Notes under the pieces: generated by a model | Told to the model about the DNA's origin: nothing | The model's input: only the letters and a program-made list of their open reading frames with translations | Database searches by the model: none | In this document: positions 28,401 to 37,914 of the stretch, piece after piece | Layout of the letters: every line of letters starts with the position of its first letter | Numbering within the stretch: position 1 is the stretch's first letter | Source of the DNA: Phoronis australis | Taxonomy: Eukaryota > Animalia > Phoronida | Length of the DNA stretch: 64,000 nucleotides | Reading direction: 5' to 3' | NCBI GenBank assembly: GCA_002633005.1 | Contig: NMRA01000139.1 | Coordinates: 620,001 to 684,000 of the forward strand | Position numbers and translations under genes: made by a program

Positions 28401-31400
28401 CTGTATTATGCCAAGTATCTGTGTTGTCAGAAGTAGAACCTATGAAATAAGTACGTGGAAGGATCAACTCACAAGAAAAAACTAAATTGAAATATAGTGC
28501 CAAGTTTCATACCATGCGATAAAGTGCCAATTTACCAACCGTGCGCTTTGTCGGAAAACGGCTAAATCTGCTACAAACCCGTTTTTGCTGAAAACAATTT
28601 TCAAGTTTGACCACGTAACGTTGAAAAATGCCGCTTACTTTAATTGAAAGTCGCTCTAAGATTGAAAAGTGCTGGGTATTCGTCGTTACGTTGGAGTGGA
28701 CCTCTGTGGTCATTTTATGCACCTATCATAGGCTCGAGCAATAAGGAGCTGTCGGTTCTTCCTTAATCCAGAGCTCACTTCCCATCTTAGCAAGGTACAA
28801 TCTGAGACAAGTTATACAACTGCCAGTTGCCCAAATCAAACGTTGTTTTTGGCAGTGCGGGAACGTATACCCCATCTTCAAGTGATATTCTGATGACCAA
28901 TGTTGGACAGACACGCTTCTTGGGATTGTCGTCAAAACTAGACCCATGAGAGGGCGGTGTGAACTTCTCTTAACCCCAACGTTGGTAACGTTTGCTGATA
29001 AATTTCGAGAAATAAAATGAGAAATGTTTCAATCTTGACACATTTGTTGCTGGGTCTAGAATTTGGGTTCAGCCACTCTTGAACGCGTATAATTATTTTT
29101 CAGTCTCTTCACAGCACGTTTTTGGTTGCCAAATGCCGTCGCATAATACCAATATTATTTAGACTTCGTAGAAATGGTTTTAAATTGATGGAATAGAAAG
29201 ATTGCTCGATAATTTGGTTCTTGCATTTTAAGAAATATCTGACGGTTGAGCGCACTTAGTTTAGCAGCTTAAAAAGATTTTTTTTTTGGAAAATGAAGCT
29301 TATCACTACTAATAATCGGTTTGTTTAGACTCGTTTTCGTATTATTTTGTTTTAAGGTGACGCAACTTTCAAGTGCACAGCATGTAACGCGTTCAGTGGA
29401 AGATCTAGCAATGATTTTGAACCGTCTTTCAAGCATAACGTGCCTGGAATAGCTTTGTGTGCCTACAGATGTTTTTGTTTCGAAACGTCATACTTGATCT
29501 GCTGAAAACAGGCTGCCAGTAATTGGCTTTTGTTCAAACACATACTGCAAGCTTCTCGCTAGTACATGTAGTCGAGGTTTTTTGGCAGAATGTCTGGTCC
29601 CATGTAACCCTGAACAGTTTACACCGCTCTCTCCTGGTGATGTATATTGTCGTACATAGCCGAGTGAATGAAGACCCGTTTTCCCTCTTAGTTTGATACA
29701 TGTACTTCTGAACTCTCTGGAATGTCTCTAGTGCCTCTCTTGATGTTGCTTAGAGATGATTTCGTTTTGCTTGCACATTGCACTTTTAATAAATTTAGCC
29801 AATTATTCAACAAGTTATACTTATGTTTAGATCTCATGTTGTAAATTATATTATGCAACAAGTAAATTGTTCACATACTTGTAGAGTACTTTTTCTGATA
29901 TACTAGTCAATTCCCTCGGCTATGTGAAGGAATTTTATTCAGGAGACAAACAGAAAGACAAAATCACTTAGGGAACCTATTCGGAAATCTCAATTCATGT
30001 GACATGATTTTGCCAGTATTAGTAGGCTTGGAACTTGCAATACTCACTGCTTTGTTACGAGCTGTAAAATTGAATTCATGCTAGTTATTATTTTGTAGTG
30101 CCGACGGTGACTACGTTGTGACCCTGATGACCAAAGCAACACTTTATCCAAACGGGTTAGTCGTCTGGGAGCCACCTGCCATCTTCAAATCGTCCTGTCT
30201 GATCAACGTCGAGTTCTTTCCTTTTGACGAACAGAAGTGTGACCTTATTTTCCTCGTTTGGTCCTATGACGGTACCAAAGTTAGCGTGAAACACGCTGAC
30301 AGAGCTGATGTGGACGGCGAAGTGGATATTGAAAGGGGCATTGACATGTCGTCGTATTATAATTCAGTCGAGTGGGATGTGCTCGATATTCCCGCGAGAA
30401 GAAACGTGGAATACTACCCGTGTTGCCCGGAACCGTTTCCTGACGTCACGTTTACTTTGACGATTCGACGCAAAACCTTGTTCTACACTGTTAACCTTAT
30501 TATACCCTGCGTGGCTATATCCTTCCTCACGGTCCTCGTGTTCTACCTTCCATCAGACAGCGGTGAGAAAATAACGTTGTGTATCTCCATTTTGCTCTCG
30601 CTGACCGTGTTTTTCCTGCTTCTTGCCGATCTTGTGCCTCCGACGTCTCTCGTTATCCCGCTCATTGGTAAATACCTACTATTCACTATGATTCTTGTGA
30701 CGTTATCAATTGCAGTAACTGTTGTTGTGCTTAACGTTCATAATCGAACACCTGCAACGCACGTGATGTCGCCTTGGGTTCGGAAGGTCTTTCTGCACGT
30801 CTTGCCTAAACTTCTTCTAATGCGGCAGCCAGCCATGGACCGTACGACATCAAAGCGGGATTATTACAACTTCGCTACTAGCAACGGAGCTCCAGCTGGC
30901 GAATCACCAATCAGTAAAGACGTGAACAGTTTCGATCTCCAGTACGAGACGCTCACACCACACGCTCACAAAGAGACAGGGAAGAAACATGAGCGGGAGC
31001 GGTTGCTCGCAGACACTGGTCACGATCTACGCATGCGCACGTTGGCACCGACTCTACACAAAGCGATGCAAAACGTGAAGGTCATTGCCGATTTCATGAG
31101 AGATGAAGAACAAGATGATAACGTGAGTTCACTTACTGCAACAATATAGAGCGCGCCGCAGCCCGAGATTCTTCATTTTGAGAGAAAACCAAAATCTCGC
31201 ACAACCTTACCAAGTCACGCGAGTGTCTCGCGAGTGCTATCGGGAGCTTGGAATGCCTTAAAATGACAGCCACTGAAGTGACTGATTTACGTGTTTGGAG
31301 TGTCAAATTTTGGAATTGAACTCACTGTTTCCGTTTCGTAAGCGAAAATTTTTGCCGCATTTGCGATCTAGGAAACCAAAAAAATTATCTTACGCTCCGC

Positions 31401-32087
31401 ATTGCAATTTTTGGAAAATAATTGATCAAAGGAACAAAGTATCTGAGAGTATACTCAAAGCTGCTACTTACCGAGAATATATTTTACAAATTTCTTCCAA
31501 TCCATGATGCGCTACTGATAACATGCCTAATGGTAATTGTGAAGTAGGAACGTAATATCAAATTCCTGCTTAAGTCACTTTACATGATTTGTTTGTTCAA
31601 GTTTTCTATGTTGAAATTGGACTCGTGTGATATACATATAAGTTCGGAAAGCCATGTCCACATGAGCAATGATTAATGATGTTGCAAGAAGTTGTCTTAA
31701 TAAATCACTCGACCAGTTTTGGACATGCACTTAAATCAAATGCGCACCATGACGTTTCGGGCAATGTTAAGTCTAAGGTATCTCGGAGAGTACATGTATG
31801 TGATTTCAAGATAAGTTCAGTGCGTTTGCACCCACTGTTATACTTAGGCTACTGGCGAATTCCTGAAAAATGCTTTAGATTCCAAACGAGTTTGTCGTTT
31901 TGATTTACTCACCATTTCCTTCCTCTTGTTTCAGGAGGTGAACGAATGGAAGTACGTTGCCATGGTGATCGACAGATTGTTTTTGTGGATCTTTACCACA
32001 GCTTGCTGTGCCGGTACATTCGGTATAGTTTTTCAAGCCCCCGCCTTGTACGATGATCGCACACCCATTGCGGGCTCCGAAGGTTGA
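4495..32087 (+). CDS. nAChR alpha subunit locus A (heteromeric neuronal type) with 3 shared 5' exons, 2 alternative exon 4s and 3 alternative exon 5+6 cassettes; predicted products ~515, 518 and 514 aa
   Basis: Spliced frames are open: 4495-4558, 12887-13035, 13293-13337, [15701-15810 or 16526-16635], then [18818-19829+20277-20444] or [21906-22926+23818-23985] or [30099-31122+31935-32087]. Cys-loop (C-x13-C with FFPFD), vicinal CC in loop C and TM1-4 are present. The 6-exon layout with 45- and 110-nt exons matches neuronal CHRNA2/3/4-type genes. Confidence 0.9.
6735..6999 (+). repeat. Tandem duplication, unit ~130 bp x2
   Basis: tactaatagtaacatctgatcatcgactgg...acattcgactccgaatgtgttttactgaatt at 6735 and 6867. 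Confidence 0.85.
7247..7815. repeat. Diverged inverted-repeat pair (possible old MITE)
   Basis: tggttccctacgtgcc..tagccagcacgca (7247-7276) matches the reverse complement of tgcatgctggcta...ggcacacagggaacca (~7774-7815). Confidence 0.4.
10392..10442 (+). repeat. (TG)n microsatellite
   Basis: ~25 perfect TG units. Confidence 0.98.
12887..13035 (+). CDS. Locus A exon 2 (N-terminal helix: [16 protein letters not shown]...LKLSQLIDV)
   Basis: ctgcag| acceptor, GTG|gtaagt donor, canonical nAChR N-terminal motif YNKLIRPV. Confidence 0.95.
13293..13337 (+). CDS. Locus A exon 3 (45 nt, [15 protein letters not shown], loop D)
   Basis: ttccag| and CAG|gtaagc boundaries; conserved 45-nt nAChR exon. 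Confidence 0.95.
13623..13746 (+). repeat. Tandem duplication, 61 bp x2
   Basis: catgaaatggagacaccagtt.gttaaaacgtgaaatagttccaagtaaattaacctcgga at 13623 and 13684. Confidence 0.9.
15373..15451. mobile_element. Short Harbinger-like MITE / hairpin
   Basis: Terminal inverted repeats GGGCCCGTTCCAAAAAA...TTTTTGAAACGGGCCC; same termini as the element at 47936. Confidence 0.65.
15701..15810 (+). CDS. Locus A alternative exon 4a (110 nt, [36 protein letters not shown], loop A)
   Basis: cgcaag| acceptor with a branch-point-like gctaac ~25 nt upstream; AA|gtaagg phase-2 donor; WxPDxxLYN motif. Confidence 0.92.
16526..16635 (+). CDS. Locus A alternative exon 4b (110 nt, [36 protein letters not shown], loop A)
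   Basis: atacag| acceptor, AA|gtaagt phase-2 donor; paralogous to 4a with identical length and phase. Confidence 0.93.
18818..19829 (+). CDS. Locus A cassette 1, exon 5a (loops E/B/F/C, Cys-loop, TM1-TM3, intracellular loop)
   Basis: tttcag|TGCGGAC completes Asn-Ala-Asp-Gly; lies within ORF 18771..19844; YPCCPDQPY loop C; AAT|gtaact donor. Confidence 0.95.
20277..20444 (+). CDS. Locus A cassette 1, terminal exon 6a (TM4: [20 protein letters not shown]...KIVDFT*)
   Basis: ttgtag| phase-0 acceptor, conserved [10 protein letters not shown] motif, TAG at 20442-20444, AATAAA at 20455/20582/20793. Confidence 0.95.
   Translation, partial: EIEDWKYVAMVIDRLFLWIFTTACAVGTFGIILQAPTLYDDRKAIGENGKIVDFT
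20484..20584 (+). repeat. 27-bp minisatellite x3.7 in the cassette-1 3' UTR
   Basis: cttgcgactggtcggagaatgatatac head-to-tail, no spacers. Confidence 0.9.
21906..22926 (+). CDS. Locus A cassette 2, exon 5b
   Basis: tttcag|CGCAGAC phase-2 acceptor; lies within ORF 21883..22992; YPCCEEPF loop C; CAC|gtaatt donor. Confidence 0.95.
23818..23985 (+). CDS. Locus A cassette 2, terminal exon 6b (TM4: [20 protein letters not shown]...DVLEH*)
   Basis: ttccag| acceptor, TAA at 23983-23985, AATAAA at 24462/25825/25943. Confidence 0.95.
   Translation, partial: EMKDWQYVAMVIDRLFLWIFTTACFVGTFGIILQAPALYDVRKAIGGIGEDVLEH
24787..24880 (+). repeat. Tandem duplication ~47 bp x2
   Basis: ggttgccaatccaaga.ctct.atga.gat repeated. 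Confidence 0.7.
26270..26905. repeat. Cluster of direct and inverted copies of a (T)GCGCATG(T/C)GCGAA-containing repeat
   Basis: Copies at ~26300, ~26505 (inverted), ~26575, ~26880 (inverted); a related copy at ~14395-14450. Confidence 0.55.
28133..28149. other. Assembly ambiguity (17 N) within a G run
   Basis: gggggg-N17-ggggggg. Confidence 0.95.
28366..28404 (+). repeat. 11-bp tandem repeat
   Basis: tctgtccgaca x3+. Confidence 0.75.
30099..31122 (+). CDS. Locus A cassette 3, exon 5c
   Basis: ttgtag|TGCCGAC phase-2 acceptor; overlaps ORF 30118..31149; YYPCCPEPF loop C; AAC|gtgagt donor. Confidence 0.95.
31935..32087 (+). CDS. Locus A cassette 3, terminal exon 6c (TM4: [20 protein letters not shown]...IAGSEG*)
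   Basis: tttcag| acceptor, TGA at 32085-32087, AATAAA at 32841/32911. Confidence 0.95.
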   Translation, partial: EVNEWKYVAMVIDRLFLWIFTTACCAGTFGIVFQAPALYDDRTPIAGSEG

Positions 32088-33082
32088 TACAAGGGTAACA
32101 GGACTAGATAATGGATACGCGGTTGTAACAGGATGGAAGTTATTCGTTAGACACTAGCGCATATACTTACGTCAATTAGCCCAAGTCCTGGCGGCAAATT
32201 AAGGAGTCCTGAAAGGAATTGTATATTGGCAATCTACGTAATAAGGTTCACTCGTGCACCACGCCTCATAGACTGAATTGTTTGCCTTTTCTGTGCAGGG
32301 GTTCACGCCATGCAACGAAGTTTTTAAAGAAAACTCTCATGCCTTTAGCTGATGCCTGTCGTAAATTTAAAACTGTCGCAAACCTCGGATATATAGTGTT
32401 CAGACGCTGTGCATCCAAGCTCTGAGCATCGTTGTACATGCTTTACTTAATTCGCTTGGTAAATGCAGTGACCCAAGACAATTAAATTTGTTTAGTCTTT
32501 CGTAAAAGTACCGTAGTTATAGTGTTATTCACGAAATATTTGTTTTGCCTGAACTTAAAAATCAAAGCAAAATTTAGGTGTGAATGTATCGTTCTCGCAT
32601 ATATTTCGTATCAGTTTATAACAAAGTATTGCTTGCTTCGTATAAGTCAGCGCCGGTATTAATATCAACATGTCTCTAGGCTCTGCATGGAAATTACATC
32701 TCTTTAGGTAGACTGAGTAATACCGTTTTATGAACGCTCTTAATGGAAAAATCATTTTTTAGAGCTTTGAACAACTTTTCAGTACATATCTCGATTAATC
32801 AACGCCGTCACCAAAATCACTAAGTGGCAATTTATTGGGAAATAAAAAAGTTACTGTAATCGCTCTGTGGGCAAGGCTATAACGTCTTCGGGGATTTATT
32901 GTAATTAAGCAATAAAATATCGATGTGTGCCTTTCATAATTTGAAAATGTTATCTTTTAAGTGTTGACTAAACTTACAATATTCCACCCTGAAATGAACC
33001 GCGGATTAAATGTGATAAGTGACTAGCTCGCTGTTAGTGAAAACGGTCGTGCTCGTTTGAATTTTGTTGTGGTCTGGCGTGC

Positions 33083-33213
33083 GTTCAGTAACGCCAGGAC
33101 CTACGCTAGAACCTAGCTAAAATGTAGCCAAAGTCTCGTGCTTTCATACACGGCTATAGCTCACGTTATCGCGCGAAGTCTTGCTATTTAGCGAGCTCCT
33201 AGCGTTACTGAAC
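33083..33213. mobile_element. MITE-like element
   Basis: TIRs GTTCAGTAACGCCAGGA / TCCTAGCGTTACTGAAC; a diverged inverted copy at ~43285-43420. Confidence 0.6.
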
Positions 33214-36200
33214 AGGGATGTAGAGTACTGCATACGAGTACGCCGCCGATGTTTAAATGTAGAACTACTTTCTTAATTTAAACAGTAGTCTTGTGACCTA
33301 AGAAAGCCATGCTAATGTTCATACGGTTAACACGATAATCAAAGTCACGTAAACGAAAGAGATTAAGTAATATTCAGTTCATATTTGTATGAAATCGTTG
33401 TTTGGGTGTAAATGCCTGTCCAACAGAAATTGCCGAAAACACACTCTGGCAATGCGTTCCTCCATCGTGGTATCAGTGCCTTGCATTAATATATACGAGG
33501 TTCAAATGTATGAGTAGTTGAATATTGATATGTATATTATTCGACAATATTAAGGTTATACTCAATTGTGCTTATAAAATGCCCAGAACACCATTTACTA
33601 TGTTTTGTCACGTAGGGCCTAGTGGCATTGTCATTCTCTAAAGCCCTCCATGAATTCAATTTCCCAAAACCCAAAAGAAGAACCTTGAAACGGACACTCG
33701 TACATGTAAGTTTTGGTAGCTGTTGGTTGTAGCGTGACATGGTGTCCTCACCAGGCTATAGTATGTCATCAACTGACAATACAAGCATAGCAATAGGGCA
33801 GCGGCTAATAAACACATTGGGTGATCACACTAAGGAAAGTTCTCAAGTTAAATGACGGTTTGTTAAAACTGCCTTTAATGTCAAATTTCTGTACGCTATA
33901 CAGACAGTTTAAGAATGTATGGCACGTGATATCTGTAACCGTTACCGTGTTGAAGAGAAAACGATTCAAATATATAGTTTGTAGTAAGCAGTCTACATAG
34001 TTACAATCTACAACCAACACAACATATTATTGTCGGAGAGATTATTCTAGAGCAAGGTCATGCCTGGGAGCCTGGGCTCGACATCGAAATTAGTTTTAAC
34101 ATTTTCCGTCCGGTTTAAAAGCAAGTGAGTTCCTAGTAAAAGTTTGAACTTGACAACACCTCCTGGATTTTGAAGTATAAACTCGAGTAAGAACTCTAGG
34201 TTTCGAGTAAAAACTCTAGATTACGAGTAATAACTCGAAATTTTAAGTTCAAGCTCGATTTTCTGACTTTAATGCTGAGATCATCATGCGTAAACTAAGA
34301 TAAGGCAGTCAACTACGAAAACCATAAAACTGGAGCACAGAATTATCAACACTGATCTTGAGTTTATGTTCAAGTAGAATGGAACATGGTGAGTTCGATT
34401 TCGAGAACGAAGATGAGGCTCCATGCTCAGGCTGAAAGACCACAGTCAGGACATCTCAGACATAATTTCTTCTTCGGAAGACAATGTATACTGTGCTATG
34501 ATGTTGTAGCGGAGAGGGCCCAGAAACAACACCATGCGCCTCCATTTGTAGTGTCATCGAATTTAGAATTCTATCAAACTTTACTTACTAAATGTACATT
34601 TAGTTAAAAACTGCTCACACAATGGTAAGGTTCATGATATGTGTTGAACACCCTCCGATAAGTAGTCCTTTCTTCCGAAACGAAGAATTTTTAGAAAAAA
34701 AAATCAATTATTTCTTCTCAAAATTGCAAATTATTTGTGTAATTAGAAATTTGTGCTCACAAAGGGCACGTGAGATAGACATGATAAGGATGAGACTTTG
34801 GGAACCAGATTTATCCATTTAAATGGAGTTCTTGTTGAGAAAGTACAAAATTGTCTCTTGCCAAGGGCACATGGCAGGCAATTGTCATTTGACACCTCAA
34901 AGTGCCCTTGTAGAGTGTTTCTTCGCAGAACCAACCTCAGTTATGCATATTCAATCCTCACAGTGAATGCAGAAGGAATTGGGGATTTATGTTGTATCTA
35001 CTACGGACAAACGGAAGTGTCAATTTCATTTTACTGCTATTGCAATTGAAGGTTTTGTGGAACCATAGGAAAATGTTCAAATTTGGCCAACTTTGGAACA
35101 TCACATCTCAGAAATTGCTGATCAGATTCGTACGTAACTTGCAGACACTAATGTTGTTTGATAACCTTTCTTGAAAAGCGTACCCTTTTGAATACAATCC
35201 AAAATAACATGTAGGGGCACATGGATAAAATTCTGACTCAAAACTGGATTTACCTGAGAATTATTGGTTACTGCTGACCTTCTCAAGCTTGTGCGACATC
35301 TGTTGGCGATTGTCGCGAATGAGTCAAATGGCGGGAAAGGTTCGACGGTACTTGTTAAAGCAGTCTACTACTCCTGTTCGGGAAAGAAGGTTCCATCGAA
35401 AATTGGATAATATTTTTGACCTGGGTGATGTACTGATATTGGACAGGGACACTGCTTTCAATGTCGTGTAAAACAGCGCATTCGTGATAGAATCGAGCAA
35501 ACCTACCTGAACAAGATAGGTGGACATAGACTTACAATGTAGCTTGTCATTCCTTGTTGCTAAAACATTGCAAGGGCTATCTGGATAGTCCAATGCATCC
35601 AGAACTAAGCATGAATGAACGGAGGATTAAAGATTATAACAATGACAAGTAAAACATTGAAGTCATGCTTTCACGTAGTTAAGTTGTGTACAAACCAGAT
35701 TTGATTTACACGTCTATTGATGTAAACGTGCAAGCAGTAGGCCTAGGGCCATGTTTCGGTTGAGACGTGTGACTTGCTGTTTCGCAAAAAATTGATGGGA
35801 TCCGTTTCAGATAGCGTCAGCATTTCAATAAAAACAGCAATTCCTCACTGGGAGAGCACCTAATACATGGGCGCACCCAGGGAGCTCGCGAAGTGGGCAA
35901 AAAGTGCGCCTCAGAGAACTCTGACAAAAGTAGAATACGAGACAAAGGTCCACTACAAAGGCAGGAACTATCAACATTCGGCGAATGCACATTTCATAGC
36001 TCTGAACATACCGCGAGAATCTTAGTATAAGGTCCACATTCCCAAAAATTTGAGCCCCAATTTCTTTTAGACTGGGTGCGAACATGTGATATGCGTCTTG
36101 GGATTACATGTATGTCTTGACGACCCGGTGTGTGGAGCGTAACACCATGAACCACCGAGAGGTTGCATAAAAACAAAGTGGCTTGTGTAGCCTCAGAATG

Positions 36201-37555
36201 AAGTTTTGGCTGAATTCAAATGGGAATTGCTTTGAATACTGTGATTGGGCGTTTTTTGGATAGTACAAAGGATTGATTTGGCCATTCTTAACAAGTTGGG
36301 TAAAGTAATTAAAACCACTTCTCGCAGCACAACATGAACACATTGTTTATTACAGTGAATAGTAGCTCGCAGTAAAAGGACACAAGTAATAAAAGGTTCC
36401 TTTATTATACTGGAAATGTCCTAGTTCAAAAATAGATTTATTGCTAAGTGGAAGTAGTCAACCCATAGTGCACCTGCTTTGGATGAATCGTTAAGACAGA
36501 GCTGAGTATTGATAATTAAAATGCTTGTTCATGACACTGCCTACCCCACTCCATTTTACGGATGTACGTAAAAGTAATATACAATGTAAGTAATGGTTTG
36601 TGTGAACTTAAATCAACAAGGCAGTCCTAAAGACGCGCATAATGTCAAGTGACCGCGTGTCGTAACGGCTAGTTATCCCATACAAGTCTGCTCTGCAGCA
36701 ATTCTCGGGTACATCAAGGTCTATCGAAGATTACGATGCGTTCCAGTTGGAGCCGGCAACAGTTAGAAAAGAGGAACTGGTCAACGCAGTTGTGTAGCGT
36801 ACTCCAGTGGTGCTCGTAAACTAGAACACAACAAGTTTTATAAGGGAATTCAGGGGAAGATTGTGCATTGTTTTTAAGGATATGCAGTACCTTGTAGACA
36901 AGTCTGCGTATTTAGACAAATTTCTAAAAATATAGTTTTAACTTGGTGAACGTATATATTATATGAAAGTAAAAAGTTTGTGGAATTTTGTTCTTGATTG
37001 CTTACAAATCAGTGTCACATGACCTTTTCTTTTTATCACAATGTAGAAAAAAACGAAAAGTACATCGAAAAGTTGATAGGCAAAATGGAAACATTTTAAA
37101 ACCTTTCCTAAAAGAATTTCGGATAAGAATGCATTAAACATAACAATTGAAAGTTTCATATGAATCCGATCAGGACTTTCAGTGAGATGATGGTCTAAAG
37201 ACCAGCCAACTTCGGATATTTTTCGAGGATCCTACAATAACCCCAATCACCTCAAATTTCGAAATAACTGTCCACAACATGATGCTTTTCGGTAGTGCCT
37301 GTAGGACTGAAAGAGTCGGGTCGCTTAAATCCGCCAATGCGACCCGCCATCCGGGAAAGTGTTTTCTAAATTGACAGCTACTACGTTCACAATTTCTGAC
37401 AACCGGGAGAAATCTGCAATGGTCAGAGCAACATGAAGGGGGACAAGGCGCGGGGGGTGTTTCAAAGAACCTGCAAAAGCGGCAACTGACAGGTGAAATT
37501 ACTGATCATCAGCGATCACGTTCCCTATGTATATGTGCCAAATGACTGGTACTGA

Positions 37556-37914
37556 TCAGTCGTATATTGTGGGGCAAGTCACCCAAATCCCTATGGTGCT
37601 CGCAGCTGTCAACACAGCGAATACTATTAGAAGAAACCTATCGATAACCATAGCTGCCCACTGCCAGTCGTCAGAGACTGCCTCAGAATCCTCGCTTTCC
37701 TTCACGTAACTTGTGATTGAACGCAACTCGCGCAAAATGGCACGCAACTCGTTGATCATTAGCTCCGCCTGCCGTTCTCTTGAGTGACTCCTTTTGGTAG
37801 GGAGCTGGACAACCTCTCCTTCATCGCGTTCCATGATATTCTGCAACGTGATGTCTTTTCTCTCGGGCAAATATGTTGGCTCCTCACTGTCGTCGCGTCC
37901 TTGTTGGAGGATAC
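37556..37914 (-). CDS. Gene B terminal exon (MA helix, TM4)
   Basis: ttcaag|GTATC in frame with ORF 37556..37870; DWQWAAMVIDRFLL; TGA stop. Confidence 0.88.

Noticed and set aside
21883-31149. ORFs 21883..22992 and 30118..31149 (also 18771..19844) read as three independent single-exon genes
   Set aside because: They lack a signal peptide, loops D and A, and TM4. Homology starts exactly at a phase-2 acceptor and ends at a donor, so they are internal exons.
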